A DNA stretch of 63,364 nt, filler included, from Circinaria calcarea (taxonomy: Eukaryota), in the NCBI GenBank assembly GCA_051942165.1. It is 55 parts of 55 records of this genome, joined end to end, with 100 filler letters (N's around TTAATTAATTAA, not from the genome) between each part and the next. Parts side by side here need not be neighbours in the genome. Positions count along the whole stretch, not along the records: positions 38,274 to 39,324 come from JAVECS010005415.1; positions 39,425 to 40,474 come from JAVECS010005416.1; positions 40,575 to 41,624 come from JAVECS010005417.1; positions 41,725 to 42,774 come from JAVECS010005418.1; positions 42,875 to 43,922 come from JAVECS010005419.1; positions 44,023 to 45,070 come from JAVECS010005420.1; positions 45,171 to 46,218 come from JAVECS010005421.1; positions 46,319 to 47,366 come from JAVECS010005422.1; 47 more parts are not named here. One strand, 5' to 3'. Under the pieces are notes generated by a model. That model made no database searches. It had not been told where the DNA came from and saw only the letters and a program-made list of their open reading frames with translations. Position numbers and translations under genes: made by a program. How positions within the stretch are numbered: the stretch's first letter is position 1; every line of letters begins with the position of its first letter. Of the stretch, positions 38,296 to 50,139 are shown in pieces.

Positions 38296-39324
38296 TATTA
38301 TGATTTTAAATAATAATTTAAAAGGGGTACGTTTTATTATTTTATCCACGGGGTATAATACCCCGCTGTATATAATTTAAATATTTTCGTGTTTATATTC
38401 TCGTTTAGATTATAATATATGTTATTAAGCCAATTAAGTTCCTGATATAATATAAGCACCCTACTAATAGCAGTGGGCGGCTCAGGGTGAAGGAAGCCAC
38501 AATAGCTGAGCCACGGCTGCTTTCAGTGGGTAGCAGCGCCGAAGGGGAGCGCGCTACAGACAGTGGAAAGCCCTGCGGAAAGCAGGCACAGAACAGAGCC
38601 CTGCTGGCATAGAGAAGCCCTGCGGAGCGCAGGCACAGAAGGAAGCCCTGCGGAGCGCAGGCACAGACAAGCCCTCGAGCGAGGCACCGGCAAAAGACCA
38701 CCAGCAGCGGAAGTCCTCCATAGCGCAGGCACACAGTCAAGTCCTGCAGAACGCAGGCACAGCGGAAAGCCCTACCTGCGTGTAGGCACAGCGGAAAGCC
38801 CTACTATTGTAGGCACAGGAAAGCCCTGCGGAGCGCAGGCACACAATCAAGTCCTGCAGAACGCAGGCACAGCGGAAAGCCCTACTGCTGTAGGCACACG
38901 GAAGCCCTGCAGCGTTCAGGCACACGGAAGCCCTCTATATAAGGCATACAGTCAAGGCTGGTGGCGACAGCAAGCATAGCGCCACACCAGCAACAGAGAA
39001 GCAGCCTCCTGTACGCGGAGCAAGCAAAGCCCTGCAGCGTGCAGGCACACGGAAGCCCTGCAGCGTGCAGGCACACGGAAGCCCGACTGCGTGTAGGCAC
39101 ACGGAAGCTCTACTGCGTGTAGGCACAGCAGAGAGCATACGGCTATAGGGGTGGAATGGCATATGGAAGGCAGAGGGGTGGAAGGCAGAGGAATAGGGGC
39201 CGGGGCCACTTCGCAGGAGCTCGTGTATGGAAGGGGGGGGTAGTGTCACGGTTCTAAGTGGCAGCCTGAAGGGGGTACGCCCTACAGCCCTACCCACGGG
39301 GTATAACACCCCGCTGTACATAGC
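38296..39324 (+). mobile_element. Small non-coding LTR retroelement (TRIM-like) with internal hairpin array
   Basis: PPT GGAAGGGGGGGTAG then TGTCACGG LTR at 39244; AT-shifted copy of the same sequence at 38296. Confidence 0.75.
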
Positions 39325-41156
39325 NNNNNNNNNNNNNNNNNNNNNNNNNNNNNNNNNNNNNNNNNNNNTTAATTAATTAANNNNNNNNNNNNNNNNNNNN
39401 NNNNNNNNNNNNNNNNNNNNNNNNATTGGAGAAGGTGGTGCCAATAGACGTCGAACACGAGAAGAAAAAATACCGCACCCTTCTTCCTGACGTGCCTGAA
39501 GACAAACTGACGGCTTTGGTCGGCGACGATCCCGGTCTGCAGACGCTGGAATCTCTTGGTTGGAACTCCACGCGGGGGACTTCGAGGAAGCCGGTGTGGA
39601 TTGCTGTACACAAGGAGTGATATGCAAGGCTAATAGTATGCATGCATATTTTTGGAGGTCTAGAGAGATGGCTTTCTGGGGTCCGGAAGGTGATTGTTCT
39701 TGCATGAACGATTTTGGCATTCTGCTTTGGTAGGGTTGGTTGCATTGCGTCAAGGAATGTGTTGGGAGCTCATGGGTTATGTGATTACTCGGGGAGGGTA
39801 TGCTGGAGTTGAGGCGTTTCAGAAAAGTTATCGGGTGTATGGGTACTATAGCTTGCAAGATCTTTTTCTCCTTTCTCTTCACCATTTGTGACCTATTGGG
39901 TTAGTAGGCGACGTGCAGCCGCTGGAGCAGGCTATCATACAGGGCAAAACAGGCATTGGGTCTTGGTACGGTGAGCATGGCGAATCATGTTTTCACTCAC
40001 TTGGGGAGTTGGAAATTATAAAATCTAACCAGCCGGGGGGGTGAGGGTTGGCACTGGGGGGTTTCTAGAATTGCTACCATCGAAGACAAATTGCATCTAT
40101 TTCTAACCCTGTAACCCTTTAACTAAATAAATCACAAACCATCATACCAATATCTAATTATCCATCTGCCCCTTTCACAGCATCTTTGGCCGAACCCCCC
40201 GAGTACCCGAGTCTGGGAATTTCCTTTCCTTCAACCAATCATCCATTCGATTACCATAGGTAAATCCAGATTGGATTTTTATATGCCCTTTGCCTCTCCC
40301 TAAACATCTTCCCCCCTCCCCTTTTTTTAAAGCACCTGGATATCTCCCCGGGGGGAACCCACATTCCCGGGTCAAAGTTTCCTAGAAATAGAAATGAAAA
40401 AATGAAAAGAAAAAAATGGGGTACACGACAAGGAGGAATTGGGGAATTATGAGTTCGGGGGAGGGGAGGGGAAGNNNNNNNNNNNNNNNNNNNNNNNNNN
40501 NNNNNNNNNNNNNNNNNNTTAATTAATTAANNNNNNNNNNNNNNNNNNNNNNNNNNNNNNNNNNNNNNNNNNNNTCTTTGATTCTTTGATTCTTTGATTC
40601 TTTGATTCTTTATGAACAACGGAGGCGAGGTTCGAGGTCGAGTTGGAATGGATGAATTGAATTCATGTGCTACAGATAGATGAATAAATAAATAAAACTC
40701 ATGGGAAGCCAGGAATGGAATTATATTTGTAGTTCCGGTTTTGGTTTTGGTCTGTGGTTTTGTGGTCTGTGGTTTTGGTTTGGGGGGTACCCCCCTTGAA
40801 AAAAGTTCTTTAGCTCTGAGAATTTTCGTCATCATCATCATCGTTTTTATTTGGGGGGCGGGGACGGGGGGGCGTACTTTTGGCAGATAAGATCTTTACT
40901 AGTGCTTAATTTTGTACGGGCAAGATGGAGTCATGTTGCTGGTATATTCTATTCCGGTGGGAGTTGGCATTGCTTACGTTCGGAGTGATATAACTTCATT
41001 AACGTCCGGTGTCACATCAATAACAGGAATGATTAACTGGATAAATGTTCGTCTCACTTCGTATCTAGACCAAAGTGGTTGAGATACAGAATCACTCTTG
41101 CCATCATCATGATCGTTCGTTACCATAATCTTCGCCATTGCCCTTTTCATTTGCCT

Positions 41157-41624
41157 CTACTTCTTAAAGCTCGTAACCTGTGGCGTACCCGAAGCAGGCG
41201 GAGCCGAGAACTTGGTCTGCACAAACACCTTTTGGATATGACCTTCCCGCTTGTTGAACTTATCGTATACAATGTCCATCTCCTCCATCAGCACGCGGTG
41301 GCTCAGCATGTGGTACGGGTCGATCTTGCCCTCCTGGATGTATTTGAGGAGTTTGTCCCAATAGAGTTGCACAGGCGCTTGGCCGTTTCCGATGAGGCGG
41401 ATACCGCGTTCCATGATGGCGCCGATGTTGAAGTGATTTGTCTTTTGAGGGGTGTTAGTGGGGTAGAGAAAACAGAGAAAGCTAAAGTAGAGAGGGACCT
41501 ACATATCCAACATAGACACCAGTGATACCAACACGTCCATAGGCTTTCACGCTCGTAATCATCTCGTTCAAGATTTCCGAAGTGTCCGTCTCCAGACCCG
41601 CCATTATCTCAAGTTTGTGTGCCC
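41157..41624 (-). CDS. Zinc-dependent formaldehyde dehydrogenase-like MDR, C-terminus
   Basis: GLETDTSEILNEMI..GITGVYVGY|TNHFNIGAIMERGIRLIGNGQAPV. Confidence 0.88.
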
Positions 41625-41825
41625 NNNNNNNNNNNNNNNNNNNNNNNNNNNNNNNNNNNNNNNNNNNNTTAATTAATTAANNNNNNNNNNNNNNNNNNNN
41701 NNNNNNNNNNNNNNNNNNNNNNNNTCCTTCCCCCATCTCCTCGCCTTTCCCTCTCCGCCCTCCTCCCTCCCTCATCCATCCATCCATCCATCCACCCACT
41801 CACTTCCCCCAGAAAACCCTCAAAA

Positions 41826-42774
41826 TCAACACCGCTCAAAAACCCGATACAACCCCTTGAGATTCGCCACCTCCACCACCCCCTTCAACAATCCCCTCGT
41901 GGCGATCAAGCGCGCGCGAAACGCCGGGAAAAGCACATGCTCCAGCATCCGCGCCAGCTCTTCCTTCCTCTCCGCAATCTCCTCCCGTCCCTGTGTTGCT
42001 CGCTCTGCGGCGGCTTCCTCTTGCTCCGCTTCCACTCCCACATTCCCATCCCCATCCCTCACATCCCCCACATCCTCCCCTTCGGCCGACTGTCGCTCTT
42101 TTTCCGGCCGCCGCCTCGAAAGCGGCAGTTGTTCGGGGACGTAAAAGGCGGCGAGTTCGACCAGGAAGGTATGGAAGCAGGCCTTCTCGTCGGACCAATC
42201 CACGCACGGGCCCAGGCGCATGAGGAAGCGCGGCAGCTTGGCCAGCGAGGGCGTGTAGCCCTTGACGAGCAGCGGGATCGACAGCAAATCGCCCGCGGCC
42301 GAGACCTCGAGGCAAAAGTACTCGAGCAGCATTTCGCGCCGCTGCACCAGCTGCTGGCTTACCAGGCGGGGGACCTCGTCCCACCGGATACCTGCATCCC
42401 CTGCATCCTCATCCCCATACGCGTCTCGCTGCTTCTCCTTGCGCTCCGCGTCGACGGCCAACGACACCAACGCGGAAACGCTGAGGGGTTGGGCGAACCG
42501 CACGACGCCAAAGTTGCCAAAGTCCGTCAGGCCGACTTGGTAAAAGTACTCGGAGCAGAGCATGCCGTAGTCGACAAGGAAGAGCTTAAGGCCGACCTGG
42601 AGGGCGACGATGCGGCGGCGGACATCGACGAGGCCGACGTACGTATGCGAGGCGAAGAGTTCGGTGAGGGAGGCGTGCATGGCGGCGCGGACGGCAGCGC
42701 GGAGCTCTTTGATGGTGGTGAGGCGGCAGAGGATGGGCTGGCGGGTGGAGGGCGTGTAGACGAGGTGGGTGGGG
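41826..42774 (-). CDS. MLH1: Mismatch repair protein Mlh1, C-terminal domain
   Basis: EYFYQVGLTDFGNFG; terminal LYRVFERC. Confidence 0.97.
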
Positions 42775-43588
42775 NNNNNNNNNNNNNNNNNNNNNNNNNN
42801 NNNNNNNNNNNNNNNNNNTTAATTAATTAANNNNNNNNNNNNNNNNNNNNNNNNNNNNNNNNNNNNNNNNNNNNTATTTATATATTATTCGAAATCCCGT
42901 TAGATATTGAGATCGAAATTATTAAAATTGAAATTAAAAATCGGGATAATTTCTTTTTTTTCCCGGCTAGCTAGAAATTCTTTATTTAGAAAGCTATATA
43001 TAAATAAATTAATTAGAAAAGTGTGCACGGCCCGAGAGGGCCGAAAAGGGGCCGAAAAGGGGCCGAAAAAAGGTTCGAGTACGAGTATAAATATATAAAA
43101 TATTCACTCACGAAACGGGGTGCTTTAAAAAATCGAGATTTAATTATAAATAATATAGTATCGATAATAGATAGTAAATAATAAAATACTTTCCCGGCTT
43201 CCCATAGTAATATGGGGATTAAGATAGAGGTGAAGGGGGGGTAAAAAAAATATAAAAATTTATTAATCCTCCGAGGCCCAGGCGGAGGGGTTATAAGGGA
43301 GAATAGAAATACTTCTAGAAGAAAGGAGACAGGAACGAGAAATAAATAACCAGAAACTAGAAACGAGAATTATATTTAGAAGAGAAAAAAGAATAAGAAA
43401 AAACCTTTAAAGTTCCGGTATTTTCTATTTTTGTTCGTATAGAGTTAAAAAAATCCCTAGGGGTTAAAAATTGCCGTGGGAGGTTTAGAGCTACAGCTAG
43501 AGCTACCACTTATATAAAGAGGAACGAAGGTGGAGTGGGGATTCTTGGGGTTTATTCGAGCTGGGAGGGGGGAATTTCAAGAGGGATA

Positions 43589-43740
43589 TGTTGGGCAGCA
43601 GAATGTATGGTGGCATTGTTACCTGAGTATGTAACTAAGGAACTATCTATACTATGAAAAAGTGCTTTTATAGAGTGTAGAGAGTGTTGAGCATGGACCT
43701 CCTAGCAACACATGCTCAGTAAGCCCTATAACTTCCAACA
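43589..43740. mobile_element. Solo LTR, family B, copy 1, TSD GGATA
   Basis: TGTTGG..CCAACA flanked by GGATA. Confidence 0.85.
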
Positions 43741-43747
43741 GGATATT

Positions 43748-43898
43748 TGTTGGGCAGCAGAATGTATGGTGGCATTTCTACCTGAGTATATAACTAAGGA
43801 ACTATTTATATTACAAAAAATGTTTTTATGAAGTGTAGAGAATGTTGAGCATGAACCTCCTAGCAACACATACTCGATAAGCCCTATAATTTCCAACA
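43748..43898. mobile_element. Solo LTR, family B, copy 2, TSD ATATT
   Basis: TGTTGG..CCAACA flanked by ATATT. Confidence 0.85.
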
Positions 43899-44022
43899 AT
43901 ATTATGGTTGGGTGGGTAGCTGNNNNNNNNNNNNNNNNNNNNNNNNNNNNNNNNNNNNNNNNNNNNTTAATTAATTAANNNNNNNNNNNNNNNNNNNNNN
44001 NNNNNNNNNNNNNNNNNNNNNN

Positions 44023-44745
44023 ACGACTTTCTTCAAGTCGTCTGGTATCGGCAACGCTTTCATCATCACCGTGGCAACCAATGTCGTTAACGTCGGCTCG
44101 ACTATACCAGGTCTTTACCTGGTCGAAAAGTGGGGCCGACGTCCTTTGTTGTTCTGGGGTGCCGTTGGTATGTTTGTCTGCCAGTTTATTGTCGCCATCA
44201 CGGGAACCGCCGATCCGACCGGGGTGGCCGCGAACAAGGTTCTCGTTGCCTTTGTCTGTATTTACATCTTCTTCTTCGCCTCGACGTGGGGCCCTCTGGC
44301 CTGGGTGGTGACGGGGGAGATTTTCCCGCTAAAAGCGCGCGCCAAGTGTCTCTCCATGACGACCGCCACCAACTGGCTCCTCAACTGGGCCATTGCTTAC
44401 GCCACACCCTATCTCGTCAATCCGGGACCCGGCAATGCCAACCTCGGCTCCAAGGTTTTCTTCATCTGGGGTACCTTTTGTCTCATCTGCGCCTTTTTTG
44501 TCTACAGCATGATATACGAGACCAAGGGGCTTTCGTTGGAACAGGTCGACGAGCTGTACGCCAAGGAGCCCAAGGCATGGCGGTCGACCAAGTTTGTGCC
44601 GACGGTGTCGTACCAGGAGGTGCGGGAGACGCGTGCGGGGGATCGGTCCATGTCGCTGGCAGATATCGAGGCGACGGCCGGACGAAAGAAGTCGGCCGTA
44701 CATATCGACCATGCGGGTCAGAATACCTTGTCAGAAAAGTATTAG
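44023..44745 (+). CDS. MFS hexose transporter (Rco3/high-affinity glucose type), C-terminal half
   Basis: VEKWGRRPLL, WGPLAWVVTGEIFPLKAR, YETKGLSLEQVDELY. Confidence 0.95.
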   Translation, partial: TTFFKSSGIGNAFIITVATNVVNVGSTIPGLYLVEKWGRRPLLFWGAVGMFVCQFIVAITGTADPTGVAANKVLVAFVCIYIFFFASTWGPLAWVVTGEIFPLKARAKCLSMTTATNWLLNWAIAYATPYLVNPGPGNANLGSKVFFIWGTFCLICAFFVYSMIYETKGLSLEQVDELYAKEPKAWRSTKFVPTVSYQEVRETRAGDRSMSLADIEATAGRKKSAVHIDHAGQNTLSEKY

Positions 44746-46644
44746 CACTTTTAAGCCGTGGTCTTTTGGCGTATGCCGTCCAACATATTGGGTAGTTTTT
44801 TTCTATTTCATTGGAAAAGAACAATCATTCATTGTACATATACCGTAGTCGAAGATTAGTAACCTGTAACCAAAGCGTCTTCATCAACAACCGTCTTTTC
44901 ATCCCATGGGATTGATTCCTTCCTGCTCCCTTTATACCCCAAAAAAAAAAAGGGTAAGTACCGTGCCCCCGTATTTCTTGTAATTTCCCCACTGTTGGAT
45001 CCCCCGAAACCGCTAAAAAAGGGTCCAGAGTCCCCCCCAGAATCCTCTAAAAGTGTTGATTACCCCCCCTNNNNNNNNNNNNNNNNNNNNNNNNNNNNNN
45101 NNNNNNNNNNNNNNTTAATTAATTAANNNNNNNNNNNNNNNNNNNNNNNNNNNNNNNNNNNNNNNNNNNNGTTGGAGAATGAAGGGGAAAGGGGGAATAG
45201 GGGGATGGATCAACGGAGGCGGTATAGCTTTTTTTCTTCTTCTTTTTGGCGGGGAAGAATAGGGTGAGATTTTATGGTGATTAAAAGTATGGCGAAATTT
45301 TCATATCGATAGAGAAAACTTGCTTCACCAGCCGAGAGAATTGTTTCTTTTCGTTAATTCTCAGACGGTAAACCCCTCCCGAAGTAGATAGAAGATTAGC
45401 TGCTTGGAACTTTTATATTTTTGGCATCTTAGAGGGGATGGATGTAGTATCTGAAATCGAAGACTGGGGGGAGCTGGAAAGAATCCATTCATTGCTTTCT
45501 TTTTCCCCCGGTTTCCTCCCCCCCCAGAAACGAGGCGGGTGAGCAAAAGTCGTTGCCCGAAAATAAAATGATACTGGAGGACCCCCCTTACTTATTTATA
45601 CATCATAGCTGGTCGATGCGTACAAGGACCTTGAATGTATAGAAGTCTTTGTTAAAGACTCGCGCTATAGGTAGTGGGAACGGAACCCCCCTTCCCCCCC
45701 AATACACTGATTGTAACATTCGAGGGTCGTGGGGTCGCCGGAAGTGTTTTTTCAGCCGCAATGACATTTGCACACCGGCCCTCGAAGGTAAGATGCGACA
45801 AAGTAAACAATTGGCGAGTGGAATTTGAACTGCTCCCTGGTGGTGAAATAGTTGAACGTTTGGGAAAAACAAAGGGGGTAGTATCCAAAGCGATACGCCA
45901 AAAGTACAGGAGCCTAACTCCATTGTTGCAGGTCTTTCGTTGCTGGCCCGAGAATGTGGAGTTGCCACTCGTGAAAATGGTCGGGGGCGGGGGGGCAGCA
46001 GCAACCCATTTCCCATAATCTCAGCACCTCAGACCTGAGTGACCACCAGCACTGCTAGCCTGCAACTCCAAACCCCGATCTCGACTCCGCAACCATATCT
46101 CCCGGCTCCCCATCCACCGGCCTCCTCACCCGAAACCGATTCTGCCCCCCCTTTTCCGCCTCCCTCGACTCCCGCTCCAAAACCTCCCACTCCTGATCAC
46201 CCATCCGCCCCGTATCCTNNNNNNNNNNNNNNNNNNNNNNNNNNNNNNNNNNNNNNNNNNNNTTAATTAATTAANNNNNNNNNNNNNNNNNNNNNNNNNN
46301 NNNNNNNNNNNNNNNNNNCGGTTCCCAGACCTTGATTCCATTTACAGCAGTCCCACAGTATTTTAGCGGTACTCCATAGTAATCATACGTACACCAAGGC
46401 GTCCAATAGTGCAGCCGGTGCAGTGCGGATGGCAGTGCACGGTGCAGTGTGCACTGCCAAGCCCATACTATCAGTGCAGTGCAGGCTACCTGATACTGCA
46501 CTGCACTGCCAATGCAGGGTATACTGCACTGCCAGTCGTACTAATTTAATAAAACACCAAACCTAAAAAAGGTCGTGATATTAACTAAAACTCTAGCTCC
46601 GTATTAATCCCCGAGCTTTATACTAAGCTTTAGACGGAACGAAT

Positions 46645-46864
46645 TGTAAGGATCCTTTACGAATAGTATAACGATCTTACGAATAAGGGTCGGTAAATTG
46701 TGTGATAATGTGCTCAATTGATTCGCATAGCGTATGAATTATCGCTAAAGAATTCTGGTGTAACGCTTATCGAGAAAACCTTCCTCGCTAAGCCAATACC
46801 TCGTGACCTTGGTATATAGTTCACCCGTAGGGTTGGTAGGGGCTCTCTGGTGGAGGTCTTTATA
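46645..46864 (-). mobile_element. Solo LTR, family A, with degenerate TSD
   Basis: Aligns with 37947-38166; flanks CGAAT/CCAAT; terminal CA changed to TA. Confidence 0.85.
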
Positions 46865-47589
46865 CCAATTTTCTTTGTTCCCTTTACCATTTGCCTTCGT
46901 ACATCAGCCTCCGCCTTTTTATATCATTGAACACTACCTCCGCGCATTGAGTCCGGAAACACAGGCTATGGACGAGGTTTTATAGACCATAGAAGAGATG
47001 GATTACAACTATAAAGGTACTGTGGGGTGGAGTGGAAGGTTGGGGGCTTCTACGTTATTTATATGAAGCCTTGGCAGTGCGTAGTGCACTATTGGAAGCC
47101 TTGACGTACACATTTCACGGCTATATCGTGCATTACTTTGGAAGACGTAGTGCCCTCTCCGTAATGCTCCTGTTTTTCTCTGGCTGTACTATACTGTACT
47201 GCCAGTGCTGCACTGATAGTGCGTGCTGAGAATTCGTCTTCTAAGGCCGTGGTTAGTTTACCTCACGCGCACCGCCCCTTTATTCTCCCGGAATCTAGAT
47301 ACCCAAAGTGCTGAGGCTACTACCCCTGCTTAACGAGATTAGTTGTACTGTCAGTACCGGTTGTACNNNNNNNNNNNNNNNNNNNNNNNNNNNNNNNNNN
47401 NNNNNNNNNNTTAATTAATTAANNNNNNNNNNNNNNNNNNNNNNNNNNNNNNNNNNNNNNNNNNNNGGTTTCTTCTCTGTCACTGGTTCCGTGCTGCATA
47501 TATCTTCGTTGAATTGCTTTCTGCATTTTACTGGTCAGCAAATCATCGGAGGCTTTTCATTCCACGTACTTGACTTCTGGCATACCACC

Positions 47590-48514
47590 ATGGCTCAAGC
47601 CTTGAAGATCGTAGGCTTTCTTGCGGCATTTGCTGCATCTGGGCAGGCGGCTCCCGTGGTCTCGCATATGCAAGCTCGAAGCCTTTTAGGCTCGTCTTTT
47701 GGAATTCCTGGAAATAACGCAACGTTTGAGTACGTCATCGTTGGTGGAGGGACCGCTGGCTTGACGTTAGCAACAAGGTTAGCAGAGCAACAAGAAGGCA
47801 GGGTGGCCGTCATCGAAGCAGGTGGATTCTACGAGGTCGGTAACGGCAATATTAGTCAAGTGCCAGCTAGTGACGGGACCTACGCGGGAAAGGCACAGGA
47901 TGACTGGCAACCGTTGGTGGATTGGGGATATATAACAGCTCCTCAAGCTGTAAGTTCGGACTGGATTCATGGAGCTTAAATTGAGCTGACTTAAACACCA
48001 AGGGAGCATACGGTGATGAAATCCATTACGCACGAGGAAAATGTCTTGGTGGAAGCTCGGCAAGGAACTATATGGCTTACCAGCGAGGGACCAAAGCTTC
48101 GTACCAGAGGTGGGCCGACACCGTCGGGGATCAAAGCTATACTTTTGATCGATTGCCGCCTTTCTTCGAGAAAAGCTTGAAATTCACTCCGCCGAATATG
48201 GAGCTAAGATTCGCGAATGGGACCCCCGAATATGATCCAACAGTTCTCGGAAACGGTTCTGGACCATTGTCTCTCACTTTCTCGCATTATGTTCAGGCAT
48301 TTGGTACATGGGCAACGAAAGGCCTTCAAGAAATTGGTTTTCCGATTGTAAAGGGCTTCCAAAGTGGCTCTCTATCGGGCCAGTCTTACAGCATGTTCAC
48401 AATCAACGCAACAACCATGACGAGGGACTCCTCGGAAACGTCATTTCTCCGCAGAGGGCTGGCTTATTCCAACTACATGGTTTACCAGTCGACCATGACG
48501 AAGAAAATTCTCTT
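47590..48514 (+). CDS. Secreted GMC oxidoreductase, 3' partial
   Basis: Signal-peptide-like start, YVIVGGGTAG, intron 47950-48002, RGKCLGGSSARNYMAYQRG. Confidence 0.95.
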
Positions 48515-49759
48515 NNNNNNNNNNNNNNNNNNNNNNNNNNNNNNNNNNNNNNNNNNNNTTAATTAATTAANNNNNNNNNNNNNNNNNNNNNNNNNNNNNN
48601 NNNNNNNNNNNNNNGGCGAAAAGAGGGGAGAGGATTTAGGGGATTTGGGGGATTTTATTATTTCGCATTCATCCTGCTCATCTATCCGGCCCCTCAACCT
48701 GCTCCTGCTCCTCTTCTCTCTCTATTTTTCTGATTTGAAAATGGTCCCGACTAAAGATTTTGGGGGTTGAAGGGATTCGGTAGTCTACGATTTCATTCCC
48801 AATTCATAAACCGAGCCAGGTTGGGCAGTGCAGCTGTGGGTTGTTGTGTGTTAGGTGTGCGAAAGAGGAACGCTTTTACCTTTCCCCCCCCCTCCCACTC
48901 CCCTCTGGGCTTCACTGGACTCCGATAACCGTACTGGTTACCATACAGTACGATAAAACGCGACGTGATCTGAGGGTTTAAACAGCTTTGCCGGGGGAGA
49001 AAACCCTCACGAATACCCTCGGGTAGAAAAAAAAAACTCTTTCTTCGATTCCGCGTTTGCCCTTTCCAAGCCCCTTGGACCTTTTGTTTCCCCGATTTGC
49101 TCAAACTTCATACCCCGGCTTCTGGCTTCCGACTGCTGCTGCTAGGATTCTTACGGAAACGGGTTGCTGCTGATGCCCGGATACTGGTTCTTTGCCGGTA
49201 GGCCTGGAGCATGGGCTCGGCATAGGCATGTGCATGGCAGTGTTCTCCCTCCCTCCTATCACGGGTGTCCTCCCGACCTTCCCCACAAGGAGAACTCTGT
49301 ATACTCTCAGCAAGAGCAAGGAAACAGTAGCAATGAATACCATCTCATCTCACCTCCACCACATAAACCCCTTCCCCTTAACTTAATGGACGTCCGGTTC
49401 GAATCTCGAGATTGTAAGATCCATCTACGCTCTCGCTCCGGGGAGTCAAACGAACTGGATGAGCCCGATTAAGGAAAACGAAAAATGAAAAACGAAAATA
49501 AACAGGCAATAAGAGAAAAGGGAGGGTAAAAAAGGGCGGATATCGAGCCAGTGCCAACAAAAGGAAAGGAAAGGAAAAAGAAAAAGGGGGTCCGGAAGGA
49601 CGTTAAGTTACGTAGTGTAGGAGAAGCAAGCCCCATCAAGGACCAAGCGGGGGGGGGGGNNNNNNNNNNNNNNNNNNNNNNNNNNNNNNNNNNNNNNNNN
49701 NNNTTAATTAATTAANNNNNNNNNNNNNNNNNNNNNNNNNNNNNNNNNNNNNNNNNNNN

Positions 49760-50139
49760 GTCTGCGAGAGCTCGAAGTATTGCGAGGGTGGTCGAACGAG
49801 AACCGAAACGCCAACGCCGCGGATGGCGCGACCACGGCAGGATCTACCGTTGCTGAACCTACAACGGCTGCGCTCTCAGCCGCTGTTTCCCGCACAGTCC
49901 AACATATCCTCTCCATCCGCGCCTTTCTCCCACCTTGTACTCTCCTGATTGTCTACACCGGCACCGGTGATCCCCGAGATATCGGTCGACTGCAAGAGAT
50001 GCAACGGCGGTTCAAGAAGGAGTATGCGACGAAGAAGTGGGACCAGCTGAGTGTTCGGTGGACAGATACGGAAGAGCAGGCATTGAAGAGAGCTTGCAAG
50101 AAAGCAAGAGAGGGCATAGGCTTGATTGCAGTTACCTAG
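49760..50139 (+). CDS. RNA exonuclease Rex1/Rnh70-like, C-terminus
   Basis: LPPCTLLIVYTGTGDPR..KWDQLSVRWTDTEEQALKRAC. Confidence 0.75.

Noticed and set aside
38560..39130. CRISPR-like repeat-spacer array
   Set aside because: Variable parts are only a few nt and related to each other; eukaryotic LTR context; no cas genes
41836..42830. Long overlapping ORFs around MLH1, with similar cases at 44130-44824 and 61338-62208
   Set aside because: Shadow frames of GC-rich or repetitive coding sequence
49385..49415. GGTTCGAATC tRNA T-loop-like motif
   Set aside because: No cloverleaf stems around it
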